A DNA stretch of 43,075 nt from Bdellovibrionales bacterium (lineage in GTDB: Bacteria > Bdellovibrionota > Bdellovibrionia > Bdellovibrionales > UBA840), in contig JBBKWS010000120.1 in assembly GCA_037969075.1 (NCBI GenBank), positions 1-43,075 of the forward strand, given 5' to 3'. Shown here piece by piece: positions 29,253 through 39,233 of the stretch (positions are counted from its first letter, which is position 1; each line of letters starts with the position of its first letter). The notes under the pieces were generated by a model. It did no database searches. It was not told the DNA's origin and was given only the letters and a program-made list of their open reading frames with translations. Position numbers and translations under genes: made by a program.

Positions 29253-29322
29253 CTAATCCACCAATTATTTATTACTAACTTATATCAATCTGACACTCAA
29301 TAAGTGCATATACAATCAGGAA

Positions 29323-29901
29323 TTAATCTATCTGACCCGCAGCCTTATATGAGATTAAAAAATGAGTTAACAACTGAAAAGTAAGGCCCCAAATCTGTTT
29401 ATCTTTATAGATGATACAAGGAAGTGTTATTTTAATTTCATTGAGTCGATATGTATATTCACCTATATTACACGGGTCTAATAAATATTCTAGATCCACC
29501 CAATACGCATTTTTTACTTCAGACGTATCTAATACTATTTTTTTATCCTCAGTTGTAAAAACATAAGAAAACAGGGTTCCGGGTGTTGGTAAGCCACGCT
29601 TACGCAACCCAATATCCATCAATCCGCCCAAACAGTTTTCTTGTGTAAGCCTAACACCAACCTCTTCTTTTGTTTCACGAGTTGCTGTTAGCAAAAGATT
29701 TGTATCACCCGCTTCTTTTTTGCCACCAGGAAAAGCCATTTGCCCTGACCAGTTGTCACCGACTCTAGTTGCCCTTTCAATAAATAAAATTTTATCATCT
29801 TCAGATAAAATAATTGCAACGGCGTAGGACGGTTCTACCAATTCGGTAGTTGAGTAATTCTTTAATAGAGCCTCTGTTAGTTTTAGCGGATTAATTCTCA
29901 T
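29323..29901 (-). CDS. Nudix hydrolase, CoA pyrophosphatase (NudL/PCD1) type
   Basis: WSGQMAFPGGK followed by the Nudix box ATRETKEEVG, and IWGLT; start at 29901 or 29910. Confidence 0.88.
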   Translation of the reverse strand: MRINPLKLTEALLKNYSTTELVEPSYAVAIILSEDDKILFIERATRVGDNWSGQMAFPGGKKEAGDTNLLLTATRETKEEVGVRLTQENCLGGLMDIGLRKRGLPTPGTLFSYVFTTEDKKIVLDTSEVKNAYWVDLEYLLDPCNIGEYTYRLNEIKITLPCIIYKDKQIWGLTFQLLTHFLISYKAAGQID

Positions 29902-30175
29902 CTTCGTCATAGTTGACAAAAACTTGGTCGGTTGTTGGAAACGAGCAACACGTTAAAATTTTACCTTTACGAATGTCATCTTCATCAATGGCTTCGGCTC
30001 CGTCCATATTGACGTCACCCTCAATTTTGTTAGCTATACAGGCTGTGCATATTCCAGACATACAAGAATAAGGCAAATCAACACCTTCTCTTAAACCTGC
30101 CTCAAGAATGGACTCTCCTTCATTACAAGTGATAGTCGTGATCTTCCCTTCGTACTGAATTTTGACTGATGCCAT
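29891..30175 (-). CDS. 2Fe-2S ferredoxin
   Basis: LPYSCMSGICTAC...LTC plant-type cysteine pattern; SD GGAG. Confidence 0.93.
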   Translation of the reverse strand: MASVKIQYEGKITTITCNEGESILEAGLREGVDLPYSCMSGICTACIANKIEGDVNMDGAEAIDEDDIRKGKILTCCSFPTTDQVFVNYDEDEN

Positions 30176-30269
30176 TAGAATCTCCCGTTAAATCAATTTA
30201 ATAGAAAAAGGGCTATTATCAAAGTAAAAAAACTTGCCCTGCGCCATAAGACTGTTAATAATGCCAACC

Positions 30270-30821
30270 ATGAAAGCACTACTGCTACTTCTATCATGTT
30301 TTACACTAATATCCTGCGCCAGCTCTAGCACTGAGGTGAAACATACCATCGTAATCAAAGGCATCAACGACGGTAACACACCCACCAGTTACTCAATTCG
30401 TGTGTATGCACTCTATGCCGGTAGCGATTGTAATAATTTACAAATATATCGCCAATTTGGTACTAGCGGTAAATATTTTGAATTTTTTAATAACAATAGC
30501 GCTATTATTGCCTCGGCTCGCCCCAATGAAGATAGTGTTTTTGGCTGTGTGGCTATAGAATTTTCTAACCTGTTTAGTGCCAGTTGCGGTGGAGCTGCAT
30601 CTGTTGATGTCATAGCTAATTTTGCTGGCGGTACAGATATAGATGGAAATGTAACTACTGGTCCAGATGGACAATCAAAAATTGCGATGTCTTTAACGCC
30701 GACAACACCTCTTGATACTACAAACTCTAGGGATTTTTATTTTGTAGCAAATGGCATTACCGATTGCACAAATGCAGCGGCCGCAAACTTTACCTTATCC
30801 GAAACTAACCCTTTACCTTAA
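30270..30821 (+). CDS. Hypothetical lipoprotein
   Basis: MKALLLLLSCFTLIS-C signal/lipobox; mature part rich in Asn, Thr and Gly with 4 further Cys. Confidence 0.7.
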   Translation: MKALLLLLSCFTLISCASSSTEVKHTIVIKGINDGNTPTSYSIRVYALYAGSDCNNLQIYRQFGTSGKYFEFFNNNSAIIASARPNEDSVFGCVAIEFSNLFSASCGGAASVDVIANFAGGTDIDGNVTTGPDGQSKIAMSLTPTTPLDTTNSRDFYFVANGITDCTNAAAANFTLSETNPLP

Positions 30822-31128
30822 ACCCTTCGGCCAACAACAAGGGACGAATCTTTTCTCGGTGATCACCTTGAATTTCTATGGTCAGACTGTCTTTTTTATA
30901 GGTACCACCACAAGCGCAGCGGTTCTTTAGTTTTTTGCATATCACATCCCAGTTTGGATGATCATAAGGTAAATCATAGATCACTGTGACAGCCTTTCCT
31001 CCCCTGGATTTAGTTTCAAGCCTAAGTTTTAAGCATACACTTATTGGCTCCCACTTATTGGGCCTTTTAGAGCCTTTCTTCTGCATATCCTTAGGGTCTG
31101 TACTGTAAACCAATTTACGATCACTCAT
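30805..31128 (-). CDS. yciH: SUI1/YciH translation initiation factor
   Basis: LVYSTD, RGGKAVTVI, LKNRCACGGT, IEIQGDHR. Confidence 0.93.
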   Translation of the reverse strand: MSDRKLVYSTDPKDMQKKGSKRPNKWEPISVCLKLRLETKSRGGKAVTVIYDLPYDHPNWDVICKKLKNRCACGGTYKKDSLTIEIQGDHREKIRPLLLAEGFKVKG

Positions 31129-31221
31129 AGGAATATGATAACTACCTTTCAATTCTCTTTCAATTACGAAAGATAGGCGTTTCCATTAGTAGATTATCTT
31201 GTTTGCGCCTATACCAATATT

Positions 31222-31443
31222 ATGAATCTTAGCGAAATTAAAAAAGATGGCCAATTTGAGGTTTTAGGAGTGGAAAGCGATGAGCTCCGCGAGCGCCTAA
31301 CTGAAATGGGTGTTTATAAGGGACTAAAGGGACGTCTGGTAAGACATTTACCATTTGGTGGACCTGTTATCTTACAAGCTGGGGAATCTTTATTTGCTGT
31401 ACGCCGTGAGGACGCCCAATGGATCCAAATTCAAGAACTGTAA
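31222..31443 (+). CDS. feoA: Ferrous iron transport protein A
   Basis: RLTEMG, PFGGP, AVRREDA. Confidence 0.92.
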   Translation: MNLSEIKKDGQFEVLGVESDELRERLTEMGVYKGLKGRLVRHLPFGGPVILQAGESLFAVRREDAQWIQIQEL

Positions 31444-33290
31444 TTCCACTAATAGGTGCACCGAACTCTGGTAAATCCACTTTATTCAATTGGTTAACTG
31501 GTAAAAAACAACGGGCGGTTAATTATCCTGGATCGACTGTTGAATATAGCAGAGGGCCATTACTAGAAATCTACAAATGCCCCGCTGAAGTTATCGACAC
31601 GCCCGGAATCTACAGCTTATTTCCCAAAACGAACGATGAAGAAGTTACTGCAAATATCTTAAAAAACAATGACTACAAAAAAGTGATTTTGGTAGCCGAT
31701 GCTACCCAACTACAACGCCATCTTTATATTTACAGGCAACTACATGAAGCCGGTTACGACATCATTATTGCGCTAATGATGACTGATTTATTAAAAAAAT
31801 CTAAATCTCAGATCAACATACCTTTATTAGAACAAGAGCTTGGAGTGAAAATCATTCCTATTGAAGGTCGTCTTGGTGCGGGTGTAAAAGAACTAGCCGC
31901 TGCTATTGATACTAACGCTGATAGTAATAATAAAATTATACCGTTATCTAGATGGAGTGCTGAAAAGCAGCAAGACATTCAAGACAGTATTCGTGATACA
32001 ATGACAAAGGTTACTGTTTATCCGCAAGGACAAGCTAGTAAAAATTTATTAGATTGGACCTTTAAATTAGACAAGATATTTTTACACTCTGTCTTAGGAA
32101 TTACTCTATTTATTAGTTTTATGTTCTTAGTCTTTGCTTCTATATTTTGGTTTGCAGCTCCTTTTATGGATTTTGTAGATGGACTATTTGGTTCTCTTGG
32201 AGGATTCATTTTAGCCGCCCTCCCTGACTCACTGATTGGTGATTTTTTAGCAAATGGTGTCGTTGCGAGTGTTGGCGCTTTTGCCGTATTTGCGCCGCAA
32301 ATATTTATTTTATTTTTCTTAATTGGTGTTCTTGAAGACTCTGGTTATTTAGCTCGAGCCGCTAGTTTAGTCGATCGATTCTTTTCAAAGATAGGAATGA
32401 ATGGAAAATCTTTTGTACCATTGCTATCTGGATTTGCCTGTGCCGTTCCCGCTATGATGGCCACGCGTACCATTGAAAATAAAAAAGAGAGATGGATCAC
32501 CATGTTCATTCTTCCTATTATGACATGTTCTGCAAGGCTTCCGGTGTATGCCCTATTTATAGCTTTCTTATTTCATGACAATCCACTTTTTGGTGGCGTG
32601 ATTATGGCATTGGTTTATTTTTTATCACTCTCAATTGGATTAATATTTAGCGCAATTTTAAATATTTTTATCAAGGATAATTCTCCTACAAAGTTCATTT
32701 TGGAGCTCCCACTATACAGAGTCCCTATGTGGAAAAATATTACCTTTAATGCTTACAAACGGACAGTATCTTATTTGACTAAGGCTGGGCCAATTATTTT
32801 TACACTGGCACTTATTATTTGGGTAGGCTCTACCTTTCCCAATTATAAAGAAGAAGATTCTATCAAACGATTTGATACTAGCTATGCAGCAAGTGCGGGT
32901 CATATTATTGAGCCTATATTTGAACCTATGGGTGGTGATTGGCGCATAGGTACAGCAATGCTAACTGCTTTTGCTGCACGCGAAGTATTTGTTGGCACTC
33001 TAGCAATACTTTTTAAAGTAACGGATGAGGATGAAGATGCACAAGCGCAAACGTTACTAGGGAGAATGAAGGGGGCTACTCATGCTGATGGTAGCCCGCT
33101 ATTTACATTTCCTCTAATCATTGCGCTTATGGTATTCTTTATTTTTGCCCTACAGTGTATCGCTACATTCGCAATTGCTAAAAAAGAGATGAATTCCACT
33201 AAGTTCGCCGTAGTGCAGCTAGTTTCTCTAAATCTAATTGCGTATATTATGGCTGTATTAACATATCAAATTTTAAATAGACTAACTTAG
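31419..33290 (+). CDS. feoB: Ferrous iron transporter B
   Basis: GAPNSGKS, NYPGSTVE, DTPG, EDSGYLAR, FACAVPA, TCSARLPVY, AAREVFV. Confidence 0.97.
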   Translation: MDPNSRTVIPLIGAPNSGKSTLFNWLTGKKQRAVNYPGSTVEYSRGPLLEIYKCPAEVIDTPGIYSLFPKTNDEEVTANILKNNDYKKVILVADATQLQRHLYIYRQLHEAGYDIIIALMMTDLLKKSKSQINIPLLEQELGVKIIPIEGRLGAGVKELAAAIDTNADSNNKIIPLSRWSAEKQQDIQDSIRDTMTKVTVYPQGQASKNLLDWTFKLDKIFLHSVLGITLFISFMFLVFASIFWFAAPFMDFVDGLFGSLGGFILAALPDSLIGDFLANGVVASVGAFAVFAPQIFILFFLIGVLEDSGYLARAASLVDRFFSKIGMNGKSFVPLLSGFACAVPAMMATRTIENKKERWITMFILPIMTCSARLPVYALFIAFLFHDNPLFGGVIMALVYFLSLSIGLIFSAILNIFIKDNSPTKFILELPLYRVPMWKNITFNAYKRTVSYLTKAGPIIFTLALIIWVGSTFPNYKEEDSIKRFDTSYAASAGHIIEPIFEPMGGDWRIGTAMLTAFAAREVFVGTLAILFKVTDEDEDAQAQTLLGRMKGATHADGSPLFTFPLIIALMVFFIFALQCIATFAIAKKEMNSTKFAVVQLVSLNLIAYIMAVLTYQILNRLT

Positions 33291-33307
33291 ATCACTCAGG
33301 AGTATTT

Positions 33308-33739
33308 ATGTCGATTGATAAAGAAAAAGTAATTGCTTGTTTAAACCAAATCATGGAAGTCGAATTTTCAGGGGTAGTTAGGTATAGCCATTACGCGCTA
33401 ATGGTATTTGGTCACAACCGAATCCCAATTTGCTCATGGCTTCGTGATCAAGCTAAAGAAAGTCTAATGCACGCTGATCAGGCCGGAGAACACATCACCA
33501 CACTTGAAGGCCATCCCTCATTAAAAATAGGAAAACTACTTGAAACCCACAAACACGCTATCAATGATATTTTAAATGAAAGCTTAGAGCACGAACTTGA
33601 GGGCCTTGAAACTTATAAAGAGCTATTAAATTTGGTTGAAGGAAAAAGTGTTTATTTAGAAGAATACGCTAGGCAGATGATCTTAGAAGAAGAGATGCAT
33701 ATTGCAGAAGTTAGAAAAATGTTGAGATCACCAAAATAG
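33308..33739 (+). CDS. Bacterioferritin/ferritin-like protein
   Basis: LNQIMEVEF, ESLMHAD, EHE, EEEMH four-helix diiron pattern; SD AGGAG. Confidence 0.85.
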   Translation: MSIDKEKVIACLNQIMEVEFSGVVRYSHYALMVFGHNRIPICSWLRDQAKESLMHADQAGEHITTLEGHPSLKIGKLLETHKHAINDILNESLEHELEGLETYKELLNLVEGKSVYLEEYARQMILEEEMHIAEVRKMLRSPK

Positions 33740-33742
33740 TAC

Positions 33743-34438
33743 TTATTTAAGCGTACTCTCAACAAAGTCTTTCATATCTGTAATTACTAAAGGGGGAATT
33801 TCGTGTCCCCCTTCAAACGACTGAAAGTAACCATCCCAGCCAGCCTCTATTAGTTTTTGCGAAAGTTTCTCGGCCATATCATGCGACAAAATAACATCAT
33901 TCATCCCATGACTTTGGTAAAACTTAAAGCCTTTGCGTTTTTTAGCTTTTTCAATAATCTTATTGCCGTCAATCAATGCTCCAGATAGCAATAATATACC
34001 CGCAAATGGTAGCTCAGTATTTAGCGCTAACTCTAAGGCCAACATCGCACCCTGACTAAAACCACCAATAATAGTTTTCTCGGGCGGAATATTCATTTCT
34101 TTAAACATCTTAAGCACATTGGATAAAGTTTTATCTGCATCAGCTGGACGATCACCACTAAAATCTCTATGCTCTCCAGCTCGCATCGCGCGCTCTAAAG
34201 CCATGATGTCGATAGGATACCATGCTCTACCACTAGGAACGCCGTTTGCTGGCCTAGTGCCGTTTGGATGATACCAATTGTAATTCTTTGACCACTTAGC
34301 ATAATCTTTTAGGTTAAATAGGTCCCAGCAATCTGCTCCAAAGCCATGAAATAAAATAACATACTTATCACTTCTTGGATCAAGTGAATAAGCAACTTCA
34401 ACGTCACCGAATCTTTTTGTCTTATTTGAATTAAGCAT
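33743..34438 (-). CDS. Phospholipase/carboxylesterase (alpha/beta hydrolase)
   Basis: FHGFG, GGFSQGAM nucleophile motif, HGMND, GGHEIP. Confidence 0.92.
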   Translation of the reverse strand: MLNSNKTKRFGDVEVAYSLDPRSDKYVILFHGFGADCWDLFNLKDYAKWSKNYNWYHPNGTRPANGVPSGRAWYPIDIMALERAMRAGEHRDFSGDRPADADKTLSNVLKMFKEMNIPPEKTIIGGFSQGAMLALELALNTELPFAGILLLSGALIDGNKIIEKAKKRKGFKFYQSHGMNDVILSHDMAEKLSQKLIEAGWDGYFQSFEGGHEIPPLVITDMKDFVESTLK

Positions 34439-34458
34439 GCCCTAAGTTAGCACTAAAC

Positions 34459-35871
34459 CTATGCTCTGTCGAAGGGGAAATCAGCGCATCTAAATAACTC
34501 CATATCTGGTTGCGTATGTAATTGCGAAACCACTTGTCTTAATGCAGTTCGTAAACCCTCTTCAAGTACGGGGTGATAAAATGGCAAACTAAGTGTTTCG
34601 GGAGCTGTTAAATCAAGTGCTATAGCCCATGCCAATAGATGCGCCAGGTGTTCTCCATTTGGGGCAAATATTTCTGCACCTAATAGCTTTCCAGATTGCT
34701 TGTCAGCATAAATACGAACAAGGCCCTTTTCTTGTAACATTACTATGGCCCTACCCTGCCCTTCAAAGCTAACCTCTCCAATGGCAAGATCTCTATTTTT
34801 CAAGCTGGCAAAGTTTTTACCCACACTTGCAATATTTGGATACGAAAATGCAATGCCTATAGGTGTTCTGCGCGCAAAACACTGGTCTTTTTCTCTGACA
34901 GCATTATAACCAGCCATTCTTCCTTGGTCAGCAGCCTCATGTAAAATTGGTCGATCAGCATTTACATCTCCTGCAATATACAAATTAGTACCTTTAATGT
35001 TAAAGGTACTATCATCATAAACGGGGATTTTTTTATCTGTAAAATCGAGGTTTAATTTTTCTAAACCTAGATTATCTAGGTTTGGTCTTCTACCCATAGC
35101 CAGTAGAACTTTATCTACAACGATTTTTTCACTTCCGCTCTTAATGACTACCCCAACGCTACTAGCACCCTCGATCTCGGCGCCATCTAAACTGATCTTC
35201 ATTTCTTTTGAAAAAATTTTTAATGCATACTCTTGTATCTTAGGGTCAGACAGTCCGCCCAGTGCTGGTGAATTTCCTATGGCTATAACTTCAACCCCTA
35301 AGCGACTAAGTGCCTGTCCTATCTCAAGCCCAATTACACCAAGTCCGATGACGGCAACTTTTTTAGGTAAATCCTCTAGCTCAAAAAAATCATCAGTATC
35401 TAAGAAATAATCTTTATATTGCATCCAAGCTTGAGGAACTACGGGGCTAGAGCCAGTAGCAATAATGATTTTTTTTGCACTTACTACTTCGCCTTCTAAA
35501 TCAATTTGATTGTTTGAAATAAATTTCGCGCGCTTTTTGATAAGATGCGTATCTACCCATGAAGACATGTCATTGTTAACTGCTCTAACAAATCTATCTC
35601 TTAAATTACGAACATGAGACATTACTTTCTTAGTGTCGATTCTTAAGTTCTCCGCACCACTAATACCTAACTCTGCAAATTGATGTCTTCTATGAAAATC
35701 ATTTGCCGCCTGAATCAATACCTTTGAGGGCATGCAGCCCACTCTTGCGCAGGTAGTACCCAATGGGCCCGGGTCGACCACTAAATAGTTATCTGTTTTT
35801 TTAGATACCTCACGACGAGCCGATAAGCCCGCCGTTCCGGCTCCTATAATTACAACGTCAAATGTTTTCAT
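34459..35871 (-). CDS. Class I pyridine nucleotide-disulfide oxidoreductase (dihydrolipoyl dehydrogenase-like type found next to Prx-Grx hybrids)
   Basis: IGAGTAG, TTCARVGCMPSK, GLGVIGLE, AGD, FYHPVLEE. Confidence 0.9.
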   Translation of the reverse strand: MKTFDVVIIGAGTAGLSARREVSKKTDNYLVVDPGPLGTTCARVGCMPSKVLIQAANDFHRRHQFAELGISGAENLRIDTKKVMSHVRNLRDRFVRAVNNDMSSWVDTHLIKKRAKFISNNQIDLEGEVVSAKKIIIATGSSPVVPQAWMQYKDYFLDTDDFFELEDLPKKVAVIGLGVIGLEIGQALSRLGVEVIAIGNSPALGGLSDPKIQEYALKIFSKEMKISLDGAEIEGASSVGVVIKSGSEKIVVDKVLLAMGRRPNLDNLGLEKLNLDFTDKKIPVYDDSTFNIKGTNLYIAGDVNADRPILHEAADQGRMAGYNAVREKDQCFARRTPIGIAFSYPNIASVGKNFASLKNRDLAIGEVSFEGQGRAIVMLQEKGLVRIYADKQSGKLLGAEIFAPNGEHLAHLLAWAIALDLTAPETLSLPFYHPVLEEGLRTALRQVVSQLHTQPDMELFRCADFPFDRA

Positions 35872-35886
35872 AAAAAAACTCTCCCG

Positions 35887-36618
35887 TTATTTTAAGTATG
35901 CTATTAGCTCATCAGACCCACCAATGTGCTTTCCACCAATAAATACTTGCGGAACAGAGGTACGGCCAGTTATTCCGCGTAAATGTGTCATGGTTACATG
36001 TCCGCCGATTTCTACTTCATGATAAGGAAAGCCTTTATCTGCTAATGCTTCTTTGGCCTTTTTGCAATATGGGCACCCTGGTTTTGTAAAAACCGTAACT
36101 GTGTCTGGCAATTTATTTTTAGGATCAAGATATTTAATCATAGTGTCTGCATCTGATACTTCAAAGGGATCGCCATCTTTTTCTGGTTCGATAAACATTT
36201 TTTCAATCTTACCATCGTTTACCAACATCGAATAGCGCCAGCTTCTTTTGCCGAAACCTAAATTATCCTTGTCCACAAGTAAGCCCATTTTTTCTGAAAA
36301 CTCACCGTTACCGTCCGGTAGCATTGTAATATTAAAAGCATTTTGATCTTTCTGCCACTCGTTCATTACGAAAGTATCATTTACTGATAAGCAATAAACA
36401 GCATCCACACCCAATTTTTTAAATGCTGGCACTAACTCGTTATATCTAGGCAAATGGGCGCTTGAACAAGTTGGAGTGTAAGCGCCAGGTAGCGCAAATA
36501 AGATGACTTTTTTGCCTTTAAACAGCTCATCACTTGTTACATTAATCCATTCGTTATTTTGTCTAGTTCTAAACGTTATACTTGGAACACTTTTACCTTC
36601 TAAATTTTGTAATGACAT
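35887..36618 (-). CDS. pgdX: Hybrid peroxiredoxin 5-glutaredoxin (glutathione-dependent peroxidase)
   Basis: LPGAYTPTCS, SVNDTFVM, GKRSWRYSM, C-terminal Grx with CPYC and SVPQVFIGG; SD AGGAGG. Confidence 0.95.
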   Translation of the reverse strand: MSLQNLEGKSVPSITFRTRQNNEWINVTSDELFKGKKVILFALPGAYTPTCSSAHLPRYNELVPAFKKLGVDAVYCLSVNDTFVMNEWQKDQNAFNITMLPDGNGEFSEKMGLLVDKDNLGFGKRSWRYSMLVNDGKIEKMFIEPEKDGDPFEVSDADTMIKYLDPKNKLPDTVTVFTKPGCPYCKKAKEALADKGFPYHEVEIGGHVTMTHLRGITGRTSVPQVFIGGKHIGGSDELIAYLK

Positions 36619-36673
36619 AGATATTCCTCCTTAAGGATATTCATATTGAGTACAGTTTCTCTTGTTATTAATT

Positions 36674-36718
36674 ATAAGTAAAATCGATTATTATTATTTA
36701 TTAATAGGTAAAATCTAT
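36674..36718. promoter_or_regulatory. OxyR/LysR-type binding site upstream of the Prx-Grx operon
   Basis: ATAG-N7-CTAT at 36704-36718, ATCG-N7-TTAT at 36683-36697, ATAA-N7-CGAT at 36674-36688. Confidence 0.7.
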
Positions 36719-37509
36719 AGTATCTTATCTACCAATAGCCATATTACTTCAAACGCAATAAGGGCTACAATCGTTAGTTCTAAAACATTTTGTTTTCTTA
36801 TATGTATAAGGTCCGCAACCATCTCGGAGGACTGTTGAATTAGATCTAAATCGTAGTAAATCCCCTTAAATCTAGATTGAATTTCTAAATGTCTTCTAGC
36901 TTCTTCGAATAGCTTTGATACATTTTGGTTATCCCAAGTTTCATCAGGCTCATCATAAATATATAAATCATCCGTCAAATTTTGTTTAGTAGACATGCAC
37001 GCACCCATGTACTTCACCAGGCTCTTAATGTTTCTAGTAGATTTACCTTTAGTTCTTAGCTCTTCAGAGATGTCTTTTGTCTCTGCAAGCAGATCAACTG
37101 TAATAGATTGGTAGTAGTCTAAGGCTACACTTTGTCCAATTAGAAGGGCCACAATTCGCACAGCTTCAAAATCAAATTTTTGTAAAACAACCTTATTAAA
37201 GTCCAACCTATGATTGGTGCCTGAGTCCGGCTGTATTTCGATTATGTAATCATCGTACTTATAGGCAGATATATTTAAAGAAAATAACGTAGACAGTTTC
37301 TGAAGAATTTCTTCTTTCTCGGTAGGATTCCAGTTTGCAAAGACAATGCTGCCAAAGTTATATAAAAATATATATTGGTTTTCTGATTTCTCTACAATCA
37401 GCTCATACGGCGTATGAACCAAGACCTTAAACTTATCACCTAAGGATACATTCTTAAAATGCATCCTCTTAGAAAAGTGATAAGCATTAAGGTCAAAAGC
37501 AGGATACAT
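36715..37509 (-). CDS. RMD1/DUF155 family protein
   Basis: FLYNFGSIVFANW, QSVALDYY, DEPDETW, LELTIVALIAFE C-terminal TM. Confidence 0.88.
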   Translation of the reverse strand: MYPAFDLNAYHFSKRMHFKNVSLGDKFKVLVHTPYELIVEKSENQYIFLYNFGSIVFANWNPTEKEEILQKLSTLFSLNISAYKYDDYIIEIQPDSGTNHRLDFNKVVLQKFDFEAVRIVALLIGQSVALDYYQSITVDLLAETKDISEELRTKGKSTRNIKSLVKYMGACMSTKQNLTDDLYIYDEPDETWDNQNVSKLFEEARRHLEIQSRFKGIYYDLDLIQQSSEMVADLIHIRKQNVLELTIVALIAFEVIWLLVDKIL

Positions 37510-38054
37510 TAATTCTTTTTCATTTCTTCTTTTAGTTGAATCACTAAAAGACGTTTTTCTAGATCTGATTTTCTTCTTTCTTTTTCACGTAGATCAAAAG
37601 CAGCCTTTGTTCTTTGTGAAGTTGACAATGCTGGATCTACCATACTGTTAGAAAGACCATCTATTTCACGCTCTAAAGTACTAATGCTAGAGTTAATATC
37701 GAAGATCTCTTTACCTTTTTTGTAATTAGTCATGAACTTAGTATGCTCACCTGGAGGGCAAGTGTTTTTGTATTTACCGCCGCCTAAACCATATTGGTAA
37801 GCATTTTCTGGTGCGCAAAAGTCCTTTAGACCTGCTTTAAAGCCGGTCATATACTGCTCTTTATTACCACTAATTCCATGCTTCATACATGCTTCTGAGT
37901 GAGTCATAAATCTGTCTGTTGACTCCCCTTTAGTTGCATCACGGTTACCATAACCTGCCCAATCACCCATTTGGCACTCTTCTTTTGACATACTTGCGCA
38001 AGAAAGTTGTAACAATACCAACATAGCTCCCGCAATAATAAGACCTATTCTCAT
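37509..38054 (-). CDS. DUF2799 family lipoprotein
   Basis: LS-CASMSKEECQMGDW, YMTGFKAGLKDFC, YKNTCP; C-terminal coiled coil; SD GGAG. Confidence 0.88.
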   Translation of the reverse strand: MRIGLIIAGAMLVLLQLSCASMSKEECQMGDWAGYGNRDATKGESTDRFMTHSEACMKHGISGNKEQYMTGFKAGLKDFCAPENAYQYGLGGGKYKNTCPPGEHTKFMTNYKKGKEIFDINSSISTLEREIDGLSNSMVDPALSTSQRTKAAFDLREKERRKSDLEKRLLVIQLKEEMKKN

Positions 38055-38290
38055 AATTTCTCCTTAGTTTTTTTAATAGCCTGAATAAATATCTACACTT
38101 TGTCAATCCTGCTTATTCAGAGAAGAGCTTTAGCTAGGCCAGTAATTTATGTACGGCCCTACAGACACTCTCAACTAGCTGCATAAATAGTAATCTTTTT
38201 AGACCAATCCTTGATAAAAATCTCTCAAATTAAAAACTCACTTTTATTCTATGGTGATATAGATTTATAAGTAGAGTCGGGGGAAAGGTT

Positions 38291-39073
38291 ATGATTGTAT
38301 CACTATTAATTTCTTTAGGTTTTAGCTTTACCATTTGGGACCGATTAGAGTCTCCCATGGTCGCTGGCCACCGCGGTGGCACACAAAGCGATAGTTACAA
38401 TACAATTGAGCGATTCGAAGAAGCTATCGAAGAAGATGTAGATATATTAGAGATGGACCTTAGACTAAGCCAAGATGGGGTTGTTGTTGTATTTCATGAT
38501 GAAGACTTAGATAAAAAAACTAACTGCCAAGGTTTAGTTGCTAAGCGCACATGGGAGTATATCAAAAATTGTACATACAAAAGTACCAACCATAAAGTGC
38601 CCTCATTTCAGCAAGTGGTCGATAAAGTCTCAACACGAGCAATTATAAATGCTGAATTTAAGACCCTACCAGTAATCAAGCCCACCCTTACCATCGTAAA
38701 AACTATGAATATATACGATTGGGCCTATTTTCAGGTGAATGCCGAAATGGACAAGTACCGCGAAGCTAGAGGCATCGATAACGACGTAGCATTGTTATAT
38801 AAGCCAACGAGTGAGAGAGAGTTAAAGTGGCTTGAAACCATCAACGATCCAATGATTATTATTGCTCATATGGATAAAAAATTTGTGACAGCAGAGCGTA
38901 TTGCAAGGGTACATGCCTTAGGTAAATTCGTATCTGTGAATTCTTGGAAATGGGATGTATTTGAAGAGCGCTTCTCTTCAACATGTAAGAAATTATACGA
39001 CATGGGTATCGATTTCGCGGTGGCTAACAACACCATAGATTGCGTGAGAGTGCGAAACTCCATCAGACCATAA
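38291..39073 (+). CDS. Glycerophosphodiester phosphodiesterase family protein (probably exported)
   Basis: AGHRGG, LEMDLRLSQDGVVVVFHD, NAEFK. Confidence 0.92.
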   Translation: MIVSLLISLGFSFTIWDRLESPMVAGHRGGTQSDSYNTIERFEEAIEEDVDILEMDLRLSQDGVVVVFHDEDLDKKTNCQGLVAKRTWEYIKNCTYKSTNHKVPSFQQVVDKVSTRAIINAEFKTLPVIKPTLTIVKTMNIYDWAYFQVNAEMDKYREARGIDNDVALLYKPTSERELKWLETINDPMIIIAHMDKKFVTAERIARVHALGKFVSVNSWKWDVFEERFSSTCKKLYDMGIDFAVANNTIDCVRVRNSIRP

Positions 39074-39108
39074 CTTAATATTGATACAACCCATCCAACC
39101 AAAACCAG

Positions 39109-39154
39109 AGTGTCTCACTATAGCGCGAGACACTGAGACAGTGACTTTGTCTCA
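39109..39154. repeat. Tandem inverted repeats of TGTCTC/GAGACA (operator-like)
   Basis: AGTGTCTC-N10-GAGACACT (39109-39134) and TGAGACA-N7-TGTCTCA (39134-39154); further TGAGACA at 39259. Confidence 0.65.
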
Positions 39155-39206
39155 TACGTATACTGGCACAGTATTCCTCCTCACAGCGCTAATACAGGTA
39201 TCATTT

Positions 39207-39233
39207 TAAAACGAAATGAGAAAGTTCCGAAAA
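39207..39233 (+). promoter_or_regulatory. Putative sigma-28 (FliA) promoter
   Basis: TAAA-N15-TCCGAAAA versus consensus TAAA-N15-GCCGATAA. Confidence 0.45.

Noticed and set aside
31169..31187. Fur box upstream of feoA
   Set aside because: Only a partial match (AAAGATAGGCGTTTCCATT) with several mismatches in AT-rich DNA; plausible but unsupported
39164..39178. Sigma-54 promoter at TGGCAC (also at ~42806)
   Set aside because: The -12 GC is missing at the required GG-N10-GC spacing in both cases
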